A stretch of DNA of 64,000 nt. Origin: Coraliomargaritaceae bacterium (GTDB taxonomy: Bacteria; Verrucomicrobiota; Verrucomicrobiia; Opitutales; Coraliomargaritaceae). Shown in pieces: positions 21,901 through 30,603 of the stretch. Numbering within the stretch: position 1 is the first letter of the stretch; every line of letters starts with the position of its first letter. Location of the stretch: positions 114,781 to 178,780 of the forward strand of contig CBFHKU010000001.1 of NCBI GenBank assembly GCA_965656495.1. The letters are read 5' to 3'. Below the pieces are notes generated by a model that worked only from the letters and a program-made list of their open reading frames with translations, had not been told where the DNA came from and searched no databases. The position numbers were made by a program, and so were the translations under genes.

Positions 21901-22356
21901 GGAGAGGAATCCCCGGAAGCGAATTTCGGAATTCGACCAACTGTTTCCTTCCCATTCGATACTGGGGACCAGATTCCCCAGATCGCCCAGCGTGTTCAAC
22001 CCAAAGTCCTCCAGCATCTCCTGATTGACGGTCGAAATCGTCATGGGGATGTTTTTGGTCAGCTCATTGGTACGGGTACCGGCAAGGGTGTTGGCGGAGT
22101 AGTACCCTTGGTCGTCCTCTGCGGAGACCACAAAGTCGTCCATGAGGTAAAGCATTTCATCCTCCGGCTCAGAATCGTCGCTCACGGGGACTGCGATTTC
22201 TGCGGTCTTCGCTTTTTCCCCGGTCGCCTCGGGGGCGGTTCCGGCATTTTCCATGATTTCGCTTTCCTGGGCACAGAGTGCGCTGGCGAGCAGACCAATG
22301 AATGTGAGCCTACAGGCGGTAAGCATGCAGGCACGAATGAGGTTTAATGGTTGCAT
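18928..22356 (-). CDS. TonB-dependent outer-membrane receptor (~1142 aa)
   Basis: Signal peptide, TonB-box-like 'LMDDFVVSA', plug 'TLAGTRTN..IPMTISTV...DVIRGANSLIYG..DPGGKIN', PETGRGIELG, terminal Phe (ATFTF). ATG 22356 preferred because 22623 overlaps gltX. Confidence 0.9.
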   Translation of the reverse strand: MQPLNLIRACMLTACRLTFIGLLASALCAQESEIMENAGTAPEATGEKAKTAEIAVPVSDDSEPEDEMLYLMDDFVVSAEDDQGYYSANTLAGTRTNELTKNIPMTISTVNQEMLEDFGLNTLGDLGNLVPSIEWEGNSWSNSEIRFRGFLSKNQLYEFMPRYSPVDYYNIQRADVIRGANSLIYGQADPGGKINLISKTANFSKNETRYTVEFGDNATRRYVFDANRLIGDNAAVRVMATDKYKEFNQDYKYDDFRGVTLEAMAKVGKKTNLRLHLENTYSKKPRLNNSFQDGTALSGFTGMPQNIVADPKIADLMSDDLVNYIVDYNDPDNGNILRSQYPNGTVASDPDRTGRTGLLIPDYFSGNTMEEKRASIRDFYAGIDSKNTGTIVGPDAYQENEGNYVIGEISHIINDRMQLKVAISGEKLDGYSRTRGAANTLKHSIGYGPNINLPNAPGNATYDDWDANGLKSKEQLGTRIGLYTDVQALRDDAASFENNVYNSIGRFWVTGMSVSNAIDTNSDGIANTNAEKDAKRAELAASINTDLQAYLAGGALENASQTEFQQALEEAVTDHTEQLDNGSTRGFVNSRIDELFASGNLMYTTPDPVNDDGSINPAVAGRANETLKLYVAPYWQEQDREDNNISVRTTLNWELNEDYTIGKQQLLIGIDADRRGATLTQFQEFQPGTTTGPSGVVMTNDRAADYIYLSDFLAGLADDVIRYNNTQSGFISDETDLNQPNSALVRDGKLAASPLESNVMHKTNHNETTVETLGTWFAASGSYFDGRARSLIGLRMDAIKVNTDLTDYLVDGTDTSVKDGDPFRNNSQLTFVEFSPSIGGLYWLTPELGVFGNYAESVLSPSGFEYDVFGEITPPETGRGIELGLKYSSGDGKINAQLTAFRIEKKNEKNTNITYSQLQEIFPRTASGNVMDDSTAIAANASLWVPRRNDDGDITGYSFDPKGNRVANEETRSEGVELDLYYNPTKQLSLFFGYAYLDTIKLKSSLEELIDLTIPGTSNHSANFTARYTFPSGKLKNCFIGANQKYRSAALLNTYFADTDFDGNADYESDTPRYEVYLEAQHSTDIFAGWQGKLGKGRNAPRARFQVIVNNVFDNINLVSTGSNNARYTDSKSVTASATFTF

Positions 22357-22524
22357 AAGTGGGTTTCGGAACAGGGAGCGAATGAATCCTAAATTATAAA
22401 ATTTGGAGCGATTATTCGCAACCCATATAAATGAAGAGGGAATAAGGGTTTTTGAAACGTTCTGCGTGGCGCGTTGATCAACATTGACTCGCCTTCCGGG
22501 GCTGCTTGTCTTTGTTGTTTTGCC

Positions 22525-23889
22525 ATGAGTGAGGTACGCGTTCGATTTGCCCCCAGTCCGACTGGGTTTTTTCACATAGGCAGCGCCCGTACGGCGTTGT
22601 TTAACTGGCTCTATGCCCGGCACACCGGCGGTCGCTTCATTTTGCGGATTGAGGACACTGACAAGGAGCGCAATACGGAGGAGGCCTTGCGGGTCTTGAT
22701 CGATGGAATGCGCTGGCTGGGCTTGGATTGGGATGAGGGGCCGGAAGCGGGCGGTGACTACGGGCCATATTTCCAGAGCGAGCGGCAGGCGATTTACGAC
22801 CAGTATTTACAACGCCTCGTGGATGCGGGGCGCACCTACGAGAAGGATGGGGCGGTCTGGTTCAAGCTCGAGGGCGAGCGCTACACCGAATATGACGACT
22901 ACAAGAAAGCGGAGGTCGAGAAAGTGCGTGCCGCGCCGGTGGTGATCGAGGACGCAGTGCGGGGCCGGGTGGAGCGGGCCGAGGAACGGGATTTCGTGCT
23001 GGTGCGTGCCGATGGCAGCCCCGTCTTTCATTTTGTCAATGTGGTGGACGATATCGCGATGGGGATCACGCACGTCATCCGGGGCGAGGATCACCTCTCC
23101 AATACCAGTAAACACGTCGAGCTCTTCAAGGCATTCGGAGTCGAGCCGCCTGTCTTTGCGCATATCCCCCTCATTCTGAAGGAATCCGGGCCGGGTAAAA
23201 TGAGCAAGCGTGACGCCGGTGCCTTGATTGATACTTACGAGGAGCGCGGGTTTTTGCCTGCCGCAGTACGGAATTACATCGCCCTGCTTGGATGGAATCC
23301 AAAGGACGATCGCGAGAAACTCGAAATCGATACTATCATCGAGTTGTTCGACTTCCCGGGGATCAACAAGGGCAATGCCCGTTTTGATGAACGCAAACTC
23401 TCCGCCCTGAACGCGGAATACCTGCGGGAATTGAACCTCGAGAGCTTCGCATTTCTCGCGCGTCCCCGTCTCAACGCCGCCGGATTGGTCCCCGAGGACT
23501 GCGATGAGGATTATCTACAGGCGGTCCTGGGGCTCTGCCAACCGAAAGCCCGTTCCCTCGATAGCCTCGGGGAATTATGCGATTATTTTTTCAGCGATAC
23601 CTACGAACTGGACGCCAAGCAGGGGGAGAAACTCGCGAAGAAGGGCGACCCGAAAGTGATCCTCAGGGAACTGCTGCCGATCCTTGAAGGGCTTTCCAGT
23701 TTTGATGCGGAAGCCCTGCAGGGCGCCTTGGAAGGGCATGCCGCCGCGCAGGAGCAAAAGGTTTTTGCGTACTTTCCGGCCTTGCGCTACGCGGTGAGCG
23801 GGCGGGCCGGCGGGCCGGATCTACTGCCCCTGTTGGCGGTGTTGGGGCGCGACCGGGTCCTTGACCGCATCCGCGCTTTCGTGGCGTAA
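22525..23889 (+). CDS. gltX: Glutamate--tRNA ligase
   Basis: [43 protein letters not shown]. Confidence 0.95.
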   Translation: MSEVRVRFAPSPTGFFHIGSARTALFNWLYARHTGGRFILRIEDTDKERNTEEALRVLIDGMRWLGLDWDEGPEAGGDYGPYFQSERQAIYDQYLQRLVDAGRTYEKDGAVWFKLEGERYTEYDDYKKAEVEKVRAAPVVIEDAVRGRVERAEERDFVLVRADGSPVFHFVNVVDDIAMGITHVIRGEDHLSNTSKHVELFKAFGVEPPVFAHIPLILKESGPGKMSKRDAGALIDTYEERGFLPAAVRNYIALLGWNPKDDREKLEIDTIIELFDFPGINKGNARFDERKLSALNAEYLRELNLESFAFLARPRLNAAGLVPEDCDEDYLQAVLGLCQPKARSLDSLGELCDYFFSDTYELDAKQGEKLAKKGDPKVILRELLPILEGLSSFDAEALQGALEGHAAAQEQKVFAYFPALRYAVSGRAGGPDLLPLLAVLGRDRVLDRIRAFVA

Positions 23890-23948
23890 GCAGCCCGCCG
23901 CTTGTTTTAATCTGGCGCAGTTCCCTTTGCTGCCTTTCTATTTTCAAG

Positions 23949-25613
23949 ATGTCTGAATCCAAAGAAAAGCCGATTGATTTCGTTCGCCAAATGGTGGCTG
24001 CCGACGTAGCCGCCGGGAAACATGATGGGCGGGTGCAGACACGTTTCCCGCCGGAACCGAACGGCTACCTGCAGATCGGGCACGCCAAGGCGATATGCCT
24101 GAATTTTGAGATCGCCCGTGAATTCAAGGGGCTTTGCAACCTGCGTTTTGACGACACCAACCCCGAGAAGGAGAGCGAGGAGTTCGTGCAGGCGATTGAG
24201 GACGATATTCGCTGGCTTGGTTTTGAATGGGCAAAGGTTTGTTTTGCGAGTGATTACTTTGAACAGCTCTTTGACTGGGCCTGCCAGCTCATTGAATCCG
24301 GCGATGCCTACGTGGACGATTTGAGCTTTGATGAAATGCGGGAATACCGTGGCAGCATCACCGCCCCCGGCAAGGCGAGTCCCTACCGCGAGCGACCCGC
24401 TGCCGAGAGCCTCGACCTCTTTAAACGGATGCGGGCCGGCGAGTTTGCCGATGGCGAGAAAGTCCTGCGCGCGAAAATCGACATGGCGCATCCCAATATG
24501 AATATGCGCGACCCCGTGATGTATCGCATCAAGCGGATGCATCACCACCGCGTCGGGGATGCCTGGTGTATTTATCCGAGTTACGACTTCACACATGGGC
24601 AAAGCGATTCGCTTGAGCAAATAACCCATTCGCTTTGCTCGCTGGAGTTTGAGGATCACCGCCCCCTTTACGATTGGTTCATCGAAAAGCTCGGCATCTT
24701 TCCCTCCAAGCAAACCGAATTTGCCCGCCTCAATCTGACCTACACCGTCGTCAGTAAGCGCAAACTGCGCACCCTCGTGGAAGGGGGCTACGTCTCCGGT
24801 TGGGACGATCCCCGTCTGCCGACCTTGCGCGGCATGCGTCGTCGGGGTTACCCCGCCGAGGCGATCCGCAATTTCTGCGCCACGGTAGGCGTGACAAAGG
24901 TGCCCTCCACCAGTGATGTCGCCCTCTTGGAACATGCAGTGCGCGAGGTCCTGAACCGCACCGCCTCCCGCCGGATGGCAGTCCTCAACCCGCTTGAAGT
25001 CGAACTCACCAACTGGCCCGAGGATGAAGTGATCGAAGTGGAGGGAGTCAATAACCCCGAAGATCCCGATGCCGGAACCCGTAAAATCCCATTTGCAAAG
25101 CGGCTCCTGATTGAACAGGAAGATTTCCGCGAGGAGGCCAATCGCAAATTTTTCCGCCTCAAGCTCGGCGGGGAAGTGCGCCTGCGGGGTGCCTATATTA
25201 TTAAATGCGATTCCGTTGAAAAAGACGCGGACGGTAAGGTCATCAAGCTGCTTTGTAGTGTGGATTTGGATACACTGAACAAGAACCCCGAAGATCGCAA
25301 AGTGAAGGGCGTGATCCACTGGGTGAGCGCCGCGCACGCCATCGAAGCGCCGGTCCGGCTTTTTGACCGTCTCTTCTCCGAGGAAAAACCGGAGGCGGAT
25401 AAAGCGTTGGAGTTCACCGAGTTCGTGAATCCCGACTCGCTGGAGGAAGGGATTGCCTATTGCGAACCGAGCCTTGCTGAGATCGAAGCGGGCGCGACCT
25501 GCCAGTTTGAGCGGGTGGGGTATTTCTGTGCCGACTCCGAACTTTCAAAACCCGGGCAACCGGTCTTCAACCGCACCGTCGGCCTCCGCGATACCTGGGC
25601 TAAAAAGAATTAG
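23949..25613 (+). CDS. glnS: Glutamine--tRNA ligase
   Basis: [57 protein letters not shown]. Confidence 0.96.
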   Translation: MSESKEKPIDFVRQMVAADVAAGKHDGRVQTRFPPEPNGYLQIGHAKAICLNFEIAREFKGLCNLRFDDTNPEKESEEFVQAIEDDIRWLGFEWAKVCFASDYFEQLFDWACQLIESGDAYVDDLSFDEMREYRGSITAPGKASPYRERPAAESLDLFKRMRAGEFADGEKVLRAKIDMAHPNMNMRDPVMYRIKRMHHHRVGDAWCIYPSYDFTHGQSDSLEQITHSLCSLEFEDHRPLYDWFIEKLGIFPSKQTEFARLNLTYTVVSKRKLRTLVEGGYVSGWDDPRLPTLRGMRRRGYPAEAIRNFCATVGVTKVPSTSDVALLEHAVREVLNRTASRRMAVLNPLEVELTNWPEDEVIEVEGVNNPEDPDAGTRKIPFAKRLLIEQEDFREEANRKFFRLKLGGEVRLRGAYIIKCDSVEKDADGKVIKLLCSVDLDTLNKNPEDRKVKGVIHWVSAAHAIEAPVRLFDRLFSEEKPEADKALEFTEFVNPDSLEEGIAYCEPSLAEIEAGATCQFERVGYFCADSELSKPGQPVFNRTVGLRDTWAKKN

Positions 25614-25624
25614 AAAATTACGTT

Positions 25625-26782
25625 ATGTCAGAAGCAACGCTAACTCTCTTTCAGGAACAATACGGCGCGGCGCCCGAGCAAATGGCGTTTGCTCCGGGGC
25701 GCATTGAATTCATCGGGAATCACACCGATTACAACGGCGGCCTTGTGATGGGTGCGGCGGTTGCGGAGGGGATAACGCTCGCAGTGCGCCGGCGCGAGGA
25801 CCGGGAGCTCCATTTCGCAAGTGGTGGAATAGAACCGGTGATCGCCAATCTCGATGCGATCCGTCCCTTAAATGGCAAGGCATCGTGGGCAAACTATCCT
25901 CTGGGTGTCATTCAGGCGCTCCTCGAGTCGGGCATGGAAATGCCGGTGGGCTGTGAAATCGCGGTGACCAGCACCCTCCCGAGTGGTGCGGGCATGAGCA
26001 GCAGTGCGGCCTTTGAACTCTCCACCGCCTACGCGCTCGCAGCCCTTTACGGATATGAGAGCGACAAAGCCGGATTTGCCCGCATCGGACGAAAGGCCGA
26101 AAACGAATTTGTCGGAATGCCCTGCGGTATTCTCGACCAAGGGGTCTCCGCCTTTGGCGAGCGCAACGCCCTTGTCCGGATCGACTGCGCCAGCGAAAGC
26201 TACCGCACCGAGGCGATGCCCGCCGATACCCATTTCTGGATCTTTGATTCCAACGAAAAGCACGCCTTGGTGGATTCCGCCTACGCGGACCGCCACCGCG
26301 AATGTCACGAGGCCCTCGCCATTCTGCAACAGCAACATCCCGAGGCGAAGACCCTTTCGGATCTCACCTGCGAACAGGTCAAAGCGCAGTCTGCCGAACT
26401 GGGCGAACTCCTCACCCGCCGCGCCCTCCACATCACCGGTGAAAACGCCCGGGTGCGGGCGGTGGAGGCCGCCCTGAAAAGCGGGGACCTCCGGGCAGTC
26501 GGTGCCGCCCTTTACGCTTCCCATGAAAGCTCCCGCGTGAATTTCGAAAACAGCACCCCCGCGCTCGATTGTTTGGTCCGCGAACTTGCCGGTCAACCCG
26601 AGGTCTATGGCGCCCGCCTGACCGGGGGTGGATTTGGGGGCGCTGTGATGGCCTTTACCAGCGCCGATTTCGATGCGGATGCCGCCGCTGCGGTAGCCCA
26701 GGCCTATGAAGCGCAGGGCGGACGCAAGGCCACGGTCATTCACACCCATGCCGGGGCCGGCGCTCGCTTGCTCGAACTGTAG
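25625..26782 (+). CDS. galK: Galactokinase
   Basis: APGRIEFIGNHTDYNGG, PSGAGMSSSAA, CGILDQ, GARLTGGGFGG. Confidence 0.93.
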   Translation: MSEATLTLFQEQYGAAPEQMAFAPGRIEFIGNHTDYNGGLVMGAAVAEGITLAVRRREDRELHFASGGIEPVIANLDAIRPLNGKASWANYPLGVIQALLESGMEMPVGCEIAVTSTLPSGAGMSSSAAFELSTAYALAALYGYESDKAGFARIGRKAENEFVGMPCGILDQGVSAFGERNALVRIDCASESYRTEAMPADTHFWIFDSNEKHALVDSAYADRHRECHEALAILQQQHPEAKTLSDLTCEQVKAQSAELGELLTRRALHITGENARVRAVEAALKSGDLRAVGAALYASHESSRVNFENSTPALDCLVRELAGQPEVYGARLTGGGFGGAVMAFTSADFDADAAAAVAQAYEAQGGRKATVIHTHAGAGARLLEL

Positions 26783-26840
26783 GATCGCGCTTTGAGATGC
26801 GGCGTTGACAAATTTCGCCCTGCCGATGTCAATGCTTTCA

Positions 26841-27911
26841 ATGAGCGACGCTAAAAAAGTCATCCTGACCTGCGCCCAACCCACCGGGGTACTCACGATG
26901 GGCAATTACCTAGGCGCAGTGAAGAACTGGGCCACCATGCAGGACGACTACGAGTGTTACTTTGGAGTGGTGGATCAGCACGCCATCACGGTGAAATACA
27001 ACCCCGCAGAATTGCGCAAAAACACCCTTTCCTGCGTCGCGCAATACCTTGCCTGCGGTCTCGATCCCGAGCGCAGCGCCGTCTTTGTGCAGTCACACAT
27101 TACCGGACATACCGAGCTCGCCTGGGTCCTCAGTTGCATGACCCCCATCGGCGAATTGCAGCGCATGACCCAGTTCAAGGAGAAGGCCGCCAAACTCGGG
27201 TTTAACCTCGCGGAAGGAGAGGACACCAACGCTCTGAAGTTTGCGCATGACGGCGCCCGCGCCGGCGCATCCGTCAATTCCGGTCTCCTGATGTACCCCG
27301 TCCTCATGGCGGCCGATATCCTGCTCTACAATGCCGATGCCGTCCCGGTCGGGAACGATCAACGCCAACACCTCGAGCTCTGCCGCGATCTCGCCCAGCG
27401 TTTTAACAATCAATATTCCGAGACCTTCAACGTTCCCGAGCCCTACATCGCTCCCGCCGGTGCCCGCATCATGTCGCTCCAGGATCCCACCCGAAAAATG
27501 TCCAAGAGCGACGACAACCAGGGCGCGACCCTTTTCATCCTCGATACCCCCGACCAGCTCCGCAAAAAAATCATGAGCGCGGTCACCGATTCCGGTAGTG
27601 AAATCCGCGCCGCCGAGGACAAGCCCGGCGTCAGCAACCTCCTGCAAATCCACAGCGCCCTCAGTGGTGAAAGCATCGCCCAACTCGAGGAACATTTTAC
27701 CGGAAAAGGCTATGGCGACCTCAAAAAGGAAGTCGCGGAGGTGGTCATTGCTGCCCTCGAACCGGTGCGCACCCGCTATGAAGCCCTCATTGCCGACAAA
27801 GCCTATCTAGAGTCCGTTTTACGGGATGGCGCCGCCGCCGCTCAGAAACGCGCCTACAAGATGCTCGCTAAGGTTTACCGCAAGGCGGGATTTGTGGAAC
27901 GCCCCCGCTAA
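26841..27911 (+). CDS. trpS: Tryptophan--tRNA ligase
   Basis: QPTGVLTMGNYLGA, YPVLMAADILLY, VPVGNDQRQH, KMSKS. ATG 26841 chosen as start. Confidence 0.96.
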   Translation: MSDAKKVILTCAQPTGVLTMGNYLGAVKNWATMQDDYECYFGVVDQHAITVKYNPAELRKNTLSCVAQYLACGLDPERSAVFVQSHITGHTELAWVLSCMTPIGELQRMTQFKEKAAKLGFNLAEGEDTNALKFAHDGARAGASVNSGLLMYPVLMAADILLYNADAVPVGNDQRQHLELCRDLAQRFNNQYSETFNVPEPYIAPAGARIMSLQDPTRKMSKSDDNQGATLFILDTPDQLRKKIMSAVTDSGSEIRAAEDKPGVSNLLQIHSALSGESIAQLEEHFTGKGYGDLKKEVAEVVIAALEPVRTRYEALIADKAYLESVLRDGAAAAQKRAYKMLAKVYRKAGFVERPR

Positions 27912-27964
27912 GAACAAAAGACATTGCAGACCCCGCACCCTCAGGCATAATTTAAACCATCCAA

Positions 27965-29314
27965 ATGTTTCGAAAGCATTCCGATGATATCCCCGAGCTG
28001 ACGCTCCCGAAGTGGCCCTTTATTTTGGGCGACCTCCTCCTCGTCGCCATTGCGCTCGCGATTGCGATCCTCGGCAACTGGCAACTCACCGATTGGCAAG
28101 TGGTCGCCTGCGTTCTCGCGGTCGCCCTTGGCGCGGCCCTCTTCGTCTTGCCTTTCATCGTCGAATACCACGCCCGCGAACAGGAAAATTCCAGTGCCTC
28201 CGCCTCCCAGTCAGCTTTGCTCGCTCGGCATGTGGAGGATCTTGAAGCACGCAACGCGGTCATGGCGGATCAAATTACCCGCTTGGAAGTAACGCAGGCC
28301 AAAGCTGCCAAAGCCCAACCACCCGCCGCTTTCGATGCCGCCGCGCTCCGCGTCATCGAAGACCGCCTCGACCGGCAGACGAAGCAATTGGAAGCCGCCG
28401 AGCAATCCCTCGAAAAAATACGCGCCGCGCAGACCACTCCCAGCCCCGCACCCGCCAAACCTGAACCCGCACCCGAGAAGCAACCCGCTCCCGCTCCCGC
28501 CGCGACCCCCAAAGCAAAGCCCGCACCCACGCCCACGACCACGCCCGAAGCCCGTCCCCGCAAACCCGCAGAGTCCCAACTCCTCAAACGCGCCATTCAC
28601 GAAAAACAAGACCGCGCCGCGCAGGCAGTTGACCGCATCATCGAGTCCAAACCCAGCGAGCAAAAAAAAGAAACGCCGCAGGTGGAACCGGATAAAAAAG
28701 ATACCGACGCGGCAACAAAACCCGAAGCGACCGAAACCCCGAAGCCCAAACCCGCGCCCGAGGTGAAACCCGCGCTGGAACCGGAGGCCAAGCCCACCGC
28801 ACCGCAACCAAAAGAAACCGCGCCGCTCAAGACCCCTGAAGCGACCCCGAAGCCCGAACCGGAGGCAAAGCCCGAACCGGAGGCAAAGCCCGAGAGTAAG
28901 GCTCAGCCCGAACCCAAGCCCGAAAGGAAGCCCGCGTCCGTGCCGGAACCCCAACCGGAACCGAAACCCCAACCGGAAGCGGCACCATCACTCTTTGAAG
29001 TCGACGAAGCGCCCACCAATCTCGTTCCTGCGAAGAAACGCCGCAAGAAAAACGAGACCGCTTGCACCGTCAACAGCCTCATTGGAATTGGCAACAAACC
29101 CTATCTTCGCGGCAGCGGCGGCGGCCTTAACTGGGACAGCGGAGTCGTGATGGAATTTGAGGCGATTGGGAAATGGCGCTGGGCAGTGCCAGCCGATTTA
29201 GACGGTCCCATTGAGGTGCAGGTCTATCGCAACGACGAGGACCCCGACACCAGCGGCAAGCATACCCTCAATCCGGGCGAAGCGCTTGTGATTGATGCCA
29301 AGTTTCAAGGCTAA
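27965..29314 (+). CDS. Membrane-anchored protein with coiled coil, Pro/Lys/Glu-rich linker and C-terminal CBM20-like beta domain
   Basis: Two N-terminal TM helices, PEPEAK repeats, C-terminal 'IGIGNKPYLRGSGGGLNWDSG...GKWRW'. Confidence 0.65.
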   Translation: MFRKHSDDIPELTLPKWPFILGDLLLVAIALAIAILGNWQLTDWQVVACVLAVALGAALFVLPFIVEYHAREQENSSASASQSALLARHVEDLEARNAVMADQITRLEVTQAKAAKAQPPAAFDAAALRVIEDRLDRQTKQLEAAEQSLEKIRAAQTTPSPAPAKPEPAPEKQPAPAPAATPKAKPAPTPTTTPEARPRKPAESQLLKRAIHEKQDRAAQAVDRIIESKPSEQKKETPQVEPDKKDTDAATKPEATETPKPKPAPEVKPALEPEAKPTAPQPKETAPLKTPEATPKPEPEAKPEPEAKPESKAQPEPKPERKPASVPEPQPEPKPQPEAAPSLFEVDEAPTNLVPAKKRRKKNETACTVNSLIGIGNKPYLRGSGGGLNWDSGVVMEFEAIGKWRWAVPADLDGPIEVQVYRNDEDPDTSGKHTLNPGEALVIDAKFQG

Positions 29315-29362
29315 TACCAATCTTATATAGGTCTGGCCGGAAATATCCCTCCCGCCCTTCGA

Positions 29363-29454
29363 CCCTTCGACAAGCTCAGGGTGGCGCACCTTTTGACCTC
29401 TCAACAAGCTCAGGGTTCTCCATTCTTTAACTCTTCAACAAGCTCAGGGTTCTC
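29363..29454. repeat. Three copies of the (C)TTCRACAAGCTCAGGGT interspersed repeat
   Basis: Copies at ~29363-29382, 29398-29420 and 29431-29454; reverse-complement copies at 18819 and 54431. Confidence 0.85.
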
Positions 29455-29508
29455 TTTGGGGAGGGGGGCCGCCCGGAGTTTGCGGACGGCGGGGGAGGGA
29501 TTGGAAGC

Positions 29509-30206
29509 TTAGGGGTTTATTCGGGAGCGACGCCTCAGTAGAGTGGTGATGAGGGCGAGGGTGCTAAAGATGAGGGCGTAGGTTTGTGGTTCGGGGATAA
29601 TCAAATCGCTCTGAAACTGGATGGATTTAAGGTAGATGGGGCCGCCGATTCCGTCGAGATTGTAGGTTTTCCACAGGGTGTCGAAACCGGTGAATCCCGC
29701 GACGGGAAGGGTGTACCAACCGGGAGAGGGGATGGTGAACTCATGGTAATTAGAGTTATTTCCAAAATAAGCAATGCGCAGTTTCTCATCACCGCTAAGG
29801 GCGGTGTCAAACATTCCAAATTCAATACCTTTGATCAGGGCGCTGGTGTCATATGCATTGCTGGTGTTATTACGGGTTTCCAGAAGAAGAGAATCGCGAT
29901 AATTTAGAGCACCCACAGGTAGTTGTAAGCCCCGGGCGGTAAAGCTGGTGCCAGGTTCCGCGTAAAAATAAAATTTGGCGTTATCGACCACAACCTCGAA
30001 ACTGCGTAGATTGGCATATTGCGTGAGGTCAATAGTAGCGAATCCCCGGGCCTGAGCCAAAGAAGGGAAGGCGGCACCAAGACCGAGGAGGCAAATAGTT
30101 AGGGCTTGAAAGCTTGCCGTCTTAAAAGGCTTAAAGATTAAGCACCCACTCTCGCGCGGGGGGGGGGGGTATGTCTAGGCTGTCTCGAATTAAATTTAAT
30201 ATCCAT
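29509..30206 (-). pseudogene. PEP-CTERM exosortase-target protein, out of frame at a G12 tract (candidate phase-variable gene)
   Basis: C-terminal IPEPQTYALIFSTLALITTLLRRR. The signal peptide is in frame with the body but has no start codon; ATG 30206 joins it only if tract 30158-30169 is 13 or 10 nt. Confidence 0.8.
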
Positions 30207-30408
30207 AGTAATTAACCGAAACAAATGGGCCTTATTACGTCAAACGTAAATTTAAAAAAATTTATTATTTAGCCGCATTGATTTTGTTGGGGTAGGCAGA
30301 CGGCAGCTTTGAGGTGCTCGATACCTACGGGTGGGATCGAGTTTGTGGCTGCGGCTACAGTAATCCCTGCTCCTCAATCTTGGGTCTAGGCCCGGCTAAG
30401 CTCTTGAG

Positions 30409-30493
30409 TGGTACCCAGGGTGGGCCTCGAACCCACACTCCCGAAGGAACCGGATTTTGAATCCGGCGCGTCTGCCAATTCCGCCACCTGGGC
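30409..30493 (-). tRNA. tRNA-Leu(CAA)
   Basis: GCCCAGG acceptor stem, CCGGA-TTCAAAA-TCCGG anticodon arm, long variable arm, CCA end. Confidence 0.97.
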
Positions 30494-30603
30494 AGGTGGA
30501 AAGGTAGAGGTATGCAAGGACCCCGCGGGAAGGCAAGTGCATTCCGATGGTCTCAAGTTGCGGTTTGTCTTTCTTTGGGCAATGGTGTTGAAGCATATCT
30601 AAG

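Noticed and set aside
22357..22623. N-terminal extension of the TonB receptor ORF
   Set aside because: It overlaps the divergent gltX and its promoter; the signal peptide starts at 22356.
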